Below, piece by piece: positions 54,884 through 63,471 of a DNA stretch of 64,000 nucleotides. The DNA is from an uncultured Verrucomicrobiae bacterium (GTDB lineage Bacteria > Verrucomicrobiota > Verrucomicrobiia > Chthoniobacterales > JAFAMB01), in the NCBI GenBank assembly GCA_963762565.1, contig CAVXLD010000001.1:198286-262285 (forward strand), in the 5' to 3' direction. The notes beneath the pieces were generated by a model, which was given only the letters and a program-made list of their open reading frames with translations, ran no database searches and was not told where the DNA came from. Numbering within the stretch: position 1 is the first letter of the stretch; each line of letters opens with the position of its first letter. A program made the position numbers and the translations under genes.

Positions 54884-55200
54884 AGTAAGCGGTAAGCAGT
54901 AAGCAGTGGTCAGTACTACGAGCTAAAATCCAGGAGCTAGGAGGGCCGACGGCTGTGGAGCGTGCCTCGCTTGCGAGTCCGTGGTGAGCAAGGCTCATTA
55001 CGTGACATCCCCATCGTCGGCGTACGCTCTTTTGTCTGAAGAGGCAAACCTTGCGATACAGAGCGCTGACCGACATAGGGCATGTGTCGTGGTTCACCCT
55101 TGCTCTCCAACGGCCTCGCAAGCGAGGCACGCTCCACGGCCGTCGCCCCTCCTAGCTCCTAAATTCTAGCTCCTAGCTCCTAAACTGCTTACTGCTTACT
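54884..55200. repeat. Family E element, copy E2, with two nested layers of inverted arrays
   Basis: AGTAAGC units then AGCTAGGAG units on the left. TIRs 54955-54993 / 55098-55137. CTCCTAGCT units then GCTTACT units on the right. Confidence 0.9.
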
Positions 55201-55238
55201 TTCGCGCCATCACCCAAACGCTCGCTAACGCTCGATTT

Positions 55239-55832
55239 ATGGGCCATACTCCCCCCATGGCAGCGACACCTTCTATGATGGTAGAGCTAGGGCGCAAAGC
55301 TCCTGATTTTCACCTGCCGGATGTTGCAGATGGCAGGATGGTTAGCCTCTCCGATTTCGGTCCGGATCAGGCATTACTGGTGATGTTCATCTGCCGGCAC
55401 TGTCCTTACGTTCTGCACGTGAAGCCGGAACTGGCCCGGCTCGCAACGGATTACCAGGAAAAAAGCGTCGGGATTGTCGGAATTAGCTCCAACGACGCTC
55501 AACATTATCCGGATGACGCACCGGATAAGCTGGCTGAGCTGAGCCGGGATCTGGGCATTCCGGTTCTCTACGACGAAAGCCAATCCGTTGCCAAAGCGTA
55601 CCAGGCCACTTGCACACCCGATTTTTTCGTGTTCGACGGAAATCGGACGCTGGTTTACCGGGGCCAGCTTGATGACAGCCGGCCCGGGAACAGCCGGCCG
55701 TTGAACGGCCGCGATTTGCGGGCCGCTCTAGATGCAGTCTTAGCCGGACGCGTAGTCGACTCTACTCAGCGCGCCAGCATCGGTTGCAACATCAAATGGA
55801 AACCGGGGAACGCTCCCGATTATTTCCGTTGA
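55239..55832 (+). CDS. Thioredoxin-fold (AhpC/TSA-like) protein
   Basis: CRHCPYV redox-type motif within a thioredoxin-fold pattern. Confidence 0.7.
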   Translation: MGHTPPMAATPSMMVELGRKAPDFHLPDVADGRMVSLSDFGPDQALLVMFICRHCPYVLHVKPELARLATDYQEKSVGIVGISSNDAQHYPDDAPDKLAELSRDLGIPVLYDESQSVAKAYQATCTPDFFVFDGNRTLVYRGQLDDSRPGNSRPLNGRDLRAALDAVLAGRVVDSTQRASIGCNIKWKPGNAPDYFR

Positions 55833-55999
55833 CCCGCGCGGCCTTCGTTTAGGGGAGCCGGGTCAAATTCTTGGCCACGACCATTTGCGGGGAACGATTT
55901 GCTCCCAATAATGTTCACTTGAACATATTTTACAGCCGTGCATGTTAACCCATGCACTCGTCGCCACCGCCAAATCTTTCAGGCTGGGGTGAAAAGATC

Positions 56000-57037
56000 A
56001 TGGGCCGCGGTTCAAGCATCAATCCAGTTAACCGCTTTGAACCATTGCATTATGATTTGGATGAATGGTGCGATCCGCCATCCCAGCCGCACATCCGCAC
56101 TCAGCTTTTTCGCGACGACACTCAGAGTATCATCGCGCGCAACCAAAGTCCGGATGTCGGTTTTGAAACCAGCATCAATCCGTATCGAGGATGTGAACAC
56201 GGCTGTGCTTATTGCTACGCCAGGCCGACCCATGAATATTTAGGGTTCTCCGCCGGCATCGATTTCGAATCGAAAATACTGGTTAAGTTAAATGCCGCGA
56301 CGCTGCTCGCGGCCGAATTAAATCGGCCTGGTTGGCAGCCGCAAACGGTGACCATGAGCGGCGTAACGGATTGTTATCAGCCAATCGAACGCAAACTGAA
56401 GATCACGCGTTCCTGTCTGCAGGTGCTGGCCGATTTCCGCAATCCAACCTTCATCGTCACCAAAAACCATCTGGTCACCCGGGACATTGATTTGCTCGCA
56501 AGCCTGGCTGCACACAGAGCGGCCGGAGTCACGGTCTCAGTAACCACGCTGGACGCCGGTTTGGCTCAAAAGCTCGAACCACGAGCATCGAATCCGCGGT
56601 CACGCCTGGCCGCGATCCGGGAGCTAGCGAGCGCTAACATCCCGGTTGGCGTTAACGTCGCTCCGATTATCCCGGGTTTAACCGACCATGAAATACCGAG
56701 CATTCTGACCGCCGCGGGTGAGGCCGGCGCCCAATTCGCCTATTACACGATTGTGCGTCTACCCATGGCGGTATCGACGATCTTCATTAACTGGCTGGAA
56801 ACCCACTTCCCGGATCGCAAAAATACGGTTCTTCGCCGGATTCAGTCGATGCGCGGCGGGAAACTAAACGAATCGGTATTCGGCAAACGGATGCGCGGGG
56901 AAGGGATCCTGGCCGACCAGATCCGCCGGATTTTCGAAGTTGGCTGCCGCCGGGCCGGCATAAAACAGGATCATGTGGAGCTCAGTACAGAGGCGTTTCG
57001 AAGGATAGAACCGAACCAGCTAGGATTGGATCTGTAA
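56000..57037 (+). CDS. PA0069-family radical SAM protein
   Basis: MGRGSSINPVNRF N-terminus and the CEHGCAYCYA CxxxCxxC cluster motif. The ATG at 56000 is preferred over the track start at 55952. Confidence 0.8.
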   Translation: MGRGSSINPVNRFEPLHYDLDEWCDPPSQPHIRTQLFRDDTQSIIARNQSPDVGFETSINPYRGCEHGCAYCYARPTHEYLGFSAGIDFESKILVKLNAATLLAAELNRPGWQPQTVTMSGVTDCYQPIERKLKITRSCLQVLADFRNPTFIVTKNHLVTRDIDLLASLAAHRAAGVTVSVTTLDAGLAQKLEPRASNPRSRLAAIRELASANIPVGVNVAPIIPGLTDHEIPSILTAAGEAGAQFAYYTIVRLPMAVSTIFINWLETHFPDRKNTVLRRIQSMRGGKLNESVFGKRMRGEGILADQIRRIFEVGCRRAGIKQDHVELSTEAFRRIEPNQLGLDL

Positions 57038-57046
57038 CCTCGGATT

Positions 57047-57194
57047 GGTGAGCGAGGCTCCGGCACGACAAAATGCATTGCCAAACCCAGCGATAGGCCC
57101 GGCTCGGCGAGCTGTGCAGCGTTGCACCGGTCAAGTAGGGGCAGCATAGCGGCTTTGCGAAAATCGATCGGTCGTTCGGGAGCCTCGCCCTACC
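57047..57194. repeat. Family A half element A8 (left TIR joined to right half)
   Basis: ggtgagcgaggctccggca (57047-57065), only cggctcggc (57100-57108), a 66-nt right arm, and TIR ttcgggagcctcgccctacc (57175-57194). Confidence 0.75.
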
Positions 57195-57243
57195 ACGCTC
57201 GTTGACGGCGTCGTGTTGCCATGCATACCTGACCCTTCGTCCT

Positions 57244-58233
57244 ATGCATCAAAAGCTGCGGCCATCCCATCATGTTTCGGCGACAGCAGGGTTAACGCTC
57301 GCGTGCCTTTTTTGGGGGCTCAGTTTTCCGGCCAGCAAAGCATTGACGTTCCTCTATCTGAAAGCGATCCCGGCAGAATCGAGTTGGTTCGTAGTCGGCT
57401 TACAAGGAGCCCTGCGTTTCGGTATCGCCGGCCTGATCATGGTTCTGCTCAGTTGGCGAGAACTGTCGTCGTTGAACAGGCGCGAGCTAGGTCAAGGACT
57501 CTGGCTCGGGCTATTTGGAGGAACCGGCTTGATCTTTCAAATCGATGGCTTGGCATATACTCCTGCCTCAACTTCGTCTTTCCTCACCCAGACTTATTGT
57601 ATTTTGGTCCCGCTTTACCATGCCGTCGCCGCTCGACGTCTCCCGCGACCAGTGCAACTGCTGGCCACGGCCGGCGTGGTCGCTGGCATCGTCGTCCTGA
57701 GCAAGATCGACTGGGGCCATTTCCGGATGGGCCGCGGCGAGCTTGAAACCTTAATTAGTACGTTATTTTTCACCGGCCAGATTCTGGTGTTAGACTCCGC
57801 CCAGTACTTCCAGAACCGGACGAAGGTGGTTTCCTCGATAATGTTCCTGACCACCGGACTGGTTTTTACTCTGGTCCTTATTCTATCAAACCATTCTTTC
57901 AGCAGTTACCAAGCAGCCGCTCGCGTAGAAGGACAATTCTACCTCCTGGCGATTTTGATCTTCTTTTGCACTCTATTGGCTTTCAACCTGATGAATCGCT
58001 GCCAAAAATATATCCCGGCGAGTGAGGCGGCTTTGATTTACACCATGGAACCGGTTTCCACTTCTGTGTTCGCGACCTTCCTACCCGCCTGGCTATCCCA
58101 TCTGGTTGGTATTCGGTATGAGAACGAACAAGTCTCAGTAAGCCTGCTGATTGGGGGTGGCCTGATTCTAGCCGCTAATTTAGTGATGCAAATCTGGGGG
58201 CATACTCGCATCGCCCACGCTGGAGAAACTTGA
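57244..58233 (+). CDS. DMT (EamA-like) family transporter
   Basis: About 10 TM helices. ATG at 57244 preferred. Confidence 0.7.
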   Translation: MHQKLRPSHHVSATAGLTLACLFWGLSFPASKALTFLYLKAIPAESSWFVVGLQGALRFGIAGLIMVLLSWRELSSLNRRELGQGLWLGLFGGTGLIFQIDGLAYTPASTSSFLTQTYCILVPLYHAVAARRLPRPVQLLATAGVVAGIVVLSKIDWGHFRMGRGELETLISTLFFTGQILVLDSAQYFQNRTKVVSSIMFLTTGLVFTLVLILSNHSFSSYQAAARVEGQFYLLAILIFFCTLLAFNLMNRCQKYIPASEAALIYTMEPVSTSVFATFLPAWLSHLVGIRYENEQVSVSLLIGGGLILAANLVMQIWGHTRIAHAGET

Positions 58234-58264
58234 CAGCCCGGTCCAGCCGAATCCAAACTGCACT

Positions 58265-59305
58265 ATGCGCCGCTGTTACCTTCTGCTCGCCTTAACCGGG
58301 TTCGCCATCAACTGCCTTGGCCAAGACAGTTCCGATTGGTCGAAAGTGATGGAAGCCGAAAAACAACGCGAGGAAAAACCGGCGGTCGGGCAAAATGCTG
58401 TAGAATTTTACGCAGGACGCGAGAAGGCACTTCACGATGCGGCGGCAGATTTTCTGGCGAAGCATCCAGACGATCCCAACGCAGCTAAGGCTCTGCTGTG
58501 GAAAATTGATAACACCGCTTTTTCCGGGCCCGCTGAGGAAAGAACGACTCTTCTAGCAAATCTCTCTAGCGAGACTGATGCTTTCTTTAAGGCTCATCCC
58601 CAACCGGCAGCTACCGAAACGCAGATTCGAGAAACGTTGCTCTACTGTTATTTGGACAACGACGATCTGATTCACACCCCGCAACAGGCTGGGGATCTGG
58701 CAGCCAAGATCGCCCAGTTCCTGGCAACCTATCCTGAAGCCGAGAAGCGGGTAAAACTGCAAATTGTTGAGTCAAGCATGCTGCTAAAGGCAGATCAGGC
58801 CAAAGGGATAGAATTTCTGGAGCAATTGAGTAAAGACTCGAACCCTGAGCTGGCTGAGGCAGCGAACGCCGCTCTGGTGAAAGCTCGCCTAGTCGGGAGC
58901 AAGCTCGACCTTTCATTTGTTGATACCAAGGGGCAAAATGTTGATTTGAGCCAGCTCTCCGGAAAGGTCGTACTCATCGATTTCTGGGCATCATGGTGCC
59001 CGGATTGCGCAAGGGAGATGCCCCAGGTACAACAGGTCTATCGGGATTTTGAGTCGAAAGGGTTTGCGATCCTGGGTGTTTCTTTGGACAAAGATCGGCG
59101 CGCGATGGACAACTACATTGCTAAACATTTGATTCCCTGGCCTCAATATTTTGACGGAAAAGGTTGGAAGAACGATCTGGTGACGAAGTACTCCGTTCAC
59201 GAGATTCCGGAGATGTGGATCATCAATAAAAAGGGTGTCGTGGAGACCACGGCCGCGGATGTCACCCAATTGGCCTCCACCGTGCAACGCCTGGTAGCGG
59301 AATAG
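58265..59305 (+). CDS. TlpA-family thiol:disulfide oxidoreductase with N-terminal helical domain
   Basis: Signal peptide. C-terminal thioredoxin domain with VLIDFWASWCPDC. Confidence 0.75.
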   Translation: MRRCYLLLALTGFAINCLGQDSSDWSKVMEAEKQREEKPAVGQNAVEFYAGREKALHDAAADFLAKHPDDPNAAKALLWKIDNTAFSGPAEERTTLLANLSSETDAFFKAHPQPAATETQIRETLLYCYLDNDDLIHTPQQAGDLAAKIAQFLATYPEAEKRVKLQIVESSMLLKADQAKGIEFLEQLSKDSNPELAEAANAALVKARLVGSKLDLSFVDTKGQNVDLSQLSGKVVLIDFWASWCPDCAREMPQVQQVYRDFESKGFAILGVSLDKDRRAMDNYIAKHLIPWPQYFDGKGWKNDLVTKYSVHEIPEMWIINKKGVVETTAADVTQLASTVQRLVAE

Positions 59306-59311
59306 TACGGC

Positions 59312-60187
59312 GTGAACATGAGCGAGCGGCCTGCTGCCATCGGTGTCATTGGAGGAAGCGGTCTTTATCAGATGGGAGGCTTGGACTCGCCCACAGAGAT
59401 AGAGGTCGATACTCCCTTTGGAAAACCCTCCGACTCGATCGTGGGCGGGATCTTAGGAGGCCGTCCGATCTATTTTTTACCCCGGCACGGAAGAGGCCAT
59501 CGGATCTTGCCGAGCGAGTTGAATCATCGAGCAAACGTATTTGCGCTGCGGTCTCTGAACGTTCGGTGGCTCATCAGTTTCGGCGCCGTAGGCAGCCTTC
59601 AAGAGAACTACCATCCTCGTGACATTTTACTGCCGTCTCAATTCTTTGATCGAACCAGTCAAAGAGCCTCGTGGACCTTTTTCGGGGAAGGCATCGTTGC
59701 CCACGTTTCCTTCGCGGATCCAGTGAGCTCAAAGCTGAGGGCAATTACCGCAGAGGCAGCCCGGGCGGTGGGTTGCCGTGTTCATGATGGCGGCACCTAC
59801 GTCAACATGGATGGCCCCGCTTTTTCAACTCGAGCCGAGTCTGAATTCCATCGAAAAATGGGATTCGATGTGATCGGTATGACGAACCTGCCCGAGGCAA
59901 AACTTGCCCGTGAAGCAGAAATGGCCTTTGTAGCAATCAGTCTAGTGACAGACTACGATTGCTGGAAAGTTGACGTTGAGCCGGTAACGGCGGAAACGAT
60001 AATCGGCCATCTGCTGGCGAATGCTGATGCCGCTCGACAGATTACTTCGAAAGTGGTTGCACAGATTCCGGAAGAGCCAAATTGGCCGGAGCATCGGGCA
60101 TTGGATTCCGCTCTAGTTACTGATCGGAAACTTTGGCCGCCCGCCACGGTTAGAAAGTTAGAAGTTATCTTGAAACGATTTTTGTGA
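59312..60187 (+). CDS. mtnP: S-methyl-5'-thioadenosine phosphorylase
   Basis: IGVIGGSGLY, FLPRHGRGH and the MTNLPEAKLAREAE motif region. Confidence 0.9.
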   Translation: MNMSERPAAIGVIGGSGLYQMGGLDSPTEIEVDTPFGKPSDSIVGGILGGRPIYFLPRHGRGHRILPSELNHRANVFALRSLNVRWLISFGAVGSLQENYHPRDILLPSQFFDRTSQRASWTFFGEGIVAHVSFADPVSSKLRAITAEAARAVGCRVHDGGTYVNMDGPAFSTRAESEFHRKMGFDVIGMTNLPEAKLAREAEMAFVAISLVTDYDCWKVDVEPVTAETIIGHLLANADAARQITSKVVAQIPEEPNWPEHRALDSALVTDRKLWPPATVRKLEVILKRFL

Positions 60188-61026
60188 AAATGCGTTATCT
60201 CTTGGGTTGGTTTTTCGTGCTTTTTAGCATGGTCTCTTGGGCTGCGGCTGAAGACACGACGGTGGCGAGTCCAAGTCCGTCCCCGTCACCAGTATCAACA
60301 CCTGAAGCTCCAGCCGCCGAGGTAAAACCGGCGACCTGGTTCAGCGTGCACGTCGACGGTCCTTACATCGCGATGACTTTCGATGATGGACCCAGTGCGG
60401 AAACCACTCCTCGACTGCTGGACATTCTTAAACAACGAAATCTCAAAGTCACTTTCTTCGAGATCGGTCAAAACGCCGAACGCAATCCGGCGATCGTTAA
60501 ACGAATTCTGGCGGAAGGGCATGAGATCGGGAATCACTCGTGGACGCACCCCCAGCTGTCGAAGTTGTCCGACGAGCGCGTCACTGAAGAGATCACCAAG
60601 ACCCAAGACGCGATCAAAAACGCATCCGGTTCCGGCTATACCCCAACTCTGTTACGCCCGCCGTATGGCGCCATCACTGCCCGGCAGAAGGAGTGGATCG
60701 AAAAACAGTTTGGCTTGAGCATCATCATGTGGTCCGTGGATCCCTTCGACTGGAAACGGCCCGGAGAATCAGTGATCGAGCAACGGATTTTGGCCGGCGC
60801 ACGACCCGGTGCGATCATACTTTCCCACGATATCCACAAACAGACCGTTGATGCGATGCCAGCTACATTAGATGCGCTGATAGCCAAGGGATTCAAGTTC
60901 GTGACCGTCAGTCAATTGATTGCGATGAACACACCCAAGAGCAGCGTCACCCCAAGTCCGCGGCCGTCAGCCAGTCCTCACGCAAGTCCGGTGAAAAAAA
61001 AGGCTAGACTGGCGGCGGGGAACTAG
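60184..61026 (+). CDS. Polysaccharide deacetylase (NodB homology) family protein
   Basis: MTFDDGP, GNHSWTHP and LLRPPYG motifs. Signal peptide plus Pro/Ser linker. Confidence 0.85.
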   Translation: MKMRYLLGWFFVLFSMVSWAAAEDTTVASPSPSPSPVSTPEAPAAEVKPATWFSVHVDGPYIAMTFDDGPSAETTPRLLDILKQRNLKVTFFEIGQNAERNPAIVKRILAEGHEIGNHSWTHPQLSKLSDERVTEEITKTQDAIKNASGSGYTPTLLRPPYGAITARQKEWIEKQFGLSIIMWSVDPFDWKRPGESVIEQRILAGARPGAIILSHDIHKQTVDAMPATLDALIAKGFKFVTVSQLIAMNTPKSSVTPSPRPSASPHASPVKKKARLAAGN

Positions 61027-61035
61027 AGGGTTTTT

Positions 61036-61317
61036 GGTAGGGCGAGGCTCCCGAACATCCCGACATCTTCGCAACGCCGGGGATGATCTTCTACCAGTGT
61101 ATTAACGTGGCCGATCAGCGCGCCGAGCCGTTGGTCCCAGCGAGTTCCATGACCCACAAGAACGGATCGAAGGTTTTTAAAAGTTCTCGCACGTCGAAGC
61201 GGTTAAATCAGCGCTGGGTAAATCGGCTCGGCGGGCAGACCGGGGCTGGACGCGTTTAATCCAAAAAATCACGGGCCCTGCGAAAGTGCATTCGTAATTC
61301 GGGAGCCTCGCCCTACC
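61036..61317. repeat. Family A element, copy A9 (282 nt)
   Basis: TIRs ggtagggcgaggctcccgaa (61036-61055) / ttcgggagcctcgccctacc (61298-61317). Internal 9-mers 61122-61130 / 61224-61232. Confidence 0.9.
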
Positions 61318-61370
61318 CCCCTCGCAGAGTCCTAGCTAACCAGGACGATTCTGCTACCATAGCCGCATCA

Positions 61371-63092
61371 ATGGTAGTGGAGACATATCTCGAGGCTCGT
61401 GCTCGGCTCGCTGGTGTCGTAGGGAACTTGGTTTCTCTCGCCAGAGAGACCGATGAAAGCCAGGAGACGATCGAAACGCTCCAGACTCTCTCGCGCAGTC
61501 TGGCGGATCCGCTTCTTTTTGTTGTGGTAGGCGAAGTGAAGGCAGGCAAATCGTCTTTGCTGAACGCGGTTTTTGGACAGGAATTTTGCAAAGTCGACGT
61601 GCTGCCTGCCACCGATAAGATCTACGTCTTCAAGTACGGAGAGAAAGACCATGATGTGCCGGTATCGGATCATCTGACCGAGCGTTACCGCCCAATCCCG
61701 TTTTTGAAGAATTTCAACATCGTCGACACGCCGGGCACGAATACCATCGTGGCCAGCCACCATGAAATCACGACCAGCTATGTTCCACTGGCGGACTTGA
61801 TCGTGTTCGTTTTCTCCGTGGTGAATCCGTGGGCTGCCTCAGCTTGGGAATTTCTTCGGCTGCTTGGGAATCGATGGAAGAAAAACATCGTGTTTGTATT
61901 ACAACAGGCGGATCTACGTTCGCCGGAAGAAGTCCAGGTCATTATCAAACACCTTGACCAGACCGTTCTTCAGATATTGGGCTCGAGCCGGCCGATTTTC
62001 GCGGTTGCTGCAAAGAAGGCCCTTAAGGCTAAGCTCATCTCGAATCCGCCCGAAGAGCCACTTTGGCAGGAAAGCAACTTTGCTGTCCTGGAGAATTGGA
62101 TTTCTGAGACGGTAACTCAAAGCGAGGAACGAGGCGGCAAGCTGCGGTCGACAGCTCAAACCGCCCAGGTTGTCGCCAATTCGATCCAGGTCCGTCTGCA
62201 AAGCTCTTTGGACCTCCTGAAATCAGATCAGGAAAAGTTGGGGACGATTCGTCGATCACTGGAGGCGCGAAAAGGGCAAACCCTTCGCCAAGTGGGCGGT
62301 TTTATCCGGGAAATGGAAATGGCTTACGATAACTGCCGTGAGCGGGGTGAGAAGCTGCTCGAGGAACGCCTCAGCCTGACCCAAACGTTCAAAATGATTT
62401 TTTCCGGCGGCCGTTGGGAAAAGGACTTTCAGGACCAAGTGGAACGCGATGTCAGGACCAAGGTACAAGAACAGATCGAACACGCGCTCGGGCTGCTCGA
62501 GTCGGATCTGCGCGGTATTTGGCAGGACTTACAGGAACGAGTTCAAGTTCAATTCGATAGCGACAGCAAACGACAGGTACGTCCAGCGTTGCCCGGGTTC
62601 CTAAGCCAGCGGGGAATCATATTGCAAAAACTCCAACTAACCCTCCTCGAGCAAACCTCGGACGCGAAGATCAAAGAGCAGCTGCAGAGCTGGTTTGGCG
62701 AGACCGCTCGTTGGCTCCGGGTTCCAGCCGGGGTCGCTGCTGCTGGCGGAGTCTTTACCGTCATTGCTGCCCTGGCGCACGCCGCGATTCTAGACGTAAC
62801 CGGGACGGTCGCCGGCGTCGCAGCAGCAGCCGGAACATTGTATGCCGTCCTGAGGCGTCGCCATATTTTGAGGGAATACCGCTTACGGATGAATGAGAAA
62901 CGAACCCAACTTTCGGAGGCCGTTGAGACACAACTGCGTAACGCCATCACGGCCTTCTACCATGAGATCGGTACTACGTTCGATCCGTTAGAGAGTTTCT
63001 GTATCGCCGAAGCGCACCGCATTTTGCCGTTACGAGAACGGGTGGATGAGATTGAGCGCTCATTGGTGGAGCTCAAGCAAATGACCGGGTGA
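61371..63092 (+). CDS. Bacterial dynamin-like GTPase
   Basis: P-loop GEVKAGKSSLLNA, G3 IVDTPGTN, long coiled-coil stalk, and a hydrophobic Ala/Gly-rich paddle VPAGVAAAGGVFTVIAALAHAAILDVTGTVAGVAAAAGTLYAVL. Confidence 0.75.
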   Translation: MVVETYLEARARLAGVVGNLVSLARETDESQETIETLQTLSRSLADPLLFVVVGEVKAGKSSLLNAVFGQEFCKVDVLPATDKIYVFKYGEKDHDVPVSDHLTERYRPIPFLKNFNIVDTPGTNTIVASHHEITTSYVPLADLIVFVFSVVNPWAASAWEFLRLLGNRWKKNIVFVLQQADLRSPEEVQVIIKHLDQTVLQILGSSRPIFAVAAKKALKAKLISNPPEEPLWQESNFAVLENWISETVTQSEERGGKLRSTAQTAQVVANSIQVRLQSSLDLLKSDQEKLGTIRRSLEARKGQTLRQVGGFIREMEMAYDNCRERGEKLLEERLSLTQTFKMIFSGGRWEKDFQDQVERDVRTKVQEQIEHALGLLESDLRGIWQDLQERVQVQFDSDSKRQVRPALPGFLSQRGIILQKLQLTLLEQTSDAKIKEQLQSWFGETARWLRVPAGVAAAGGVFTVIAALAHAAILDVTGTVAGVAAAAGTLYAVLRRRHILREYRLRMNEKRTQLSEAVETQLRNAITAFYHEIGTTFDPLESFCIAEAHRILPLRERVDEIERSLVELKQMTG

Positions 63093-63125
63093 TGTAGACA
63101 TGGACCCGGAAGGGGGAGACACCCG

Positions 63126-63335
63126 GAGGGGAGCCGCTTTGTCAGACGCTAGCTGTGTTCGGTCGGCAGCAGGCGGCTCCCGGGAATAGCCCAGCGCGTT
63201 CTATTTATCCAGCGCCTACTTCGTTGAAGCACCGACACGGACAGAGCCTATAGAGCTGGATTACCTGGCAGACGTTACCGGGAGCCGCCTGCAAGCAACC
63301 GATAGACCTGCCAACTTACAAAGCGGCTCCCCTCC
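63126..63335. repeat. Family B element, copy B4 (210 nt)
   Basis: Outer repeats 63126-63142 / 63319-63335. Inner tcggcagcaggcggctcccgggaa (63163-63186) / ttaccgggagccgcctgcaagcaa (63275-63298). Confidence 0.85.
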
Positions 63336-63342
63336 GGCGCCG

Positions 63343-63413
63343 CGTCGCCGATACGCCCATTCGCCCTTTCGCCCGTTCGCCGATACGCCCACACGCCGAC
63401 ACGCCCATACCCC
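63343..63413. repeat. One-sided NTTCGCC-type array upstream of cdsA
   Basis: cgtcgccgatacgcccattcgccctttcgcccgttcgccgatacgcccacacgccgacacgcccatacccc. No mirrored partner on the left of B4. Confidence 0.7.
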
Positions 63414-63471
63414 CCAGCTACCTCTGGACGCCACGTGCCCATTATGGCAGGCTCCGCCGCAACATTCCTTC

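Noticed and set aside
55851-55907. A possible additional short family B copy (aggggagccgg ... gatttgctccc)
   Set aside because: Only about 6 bp of complementarity (gggagc / gctccc) exists, and the match to the outer repeat consensus is poor. It is too weak to call.
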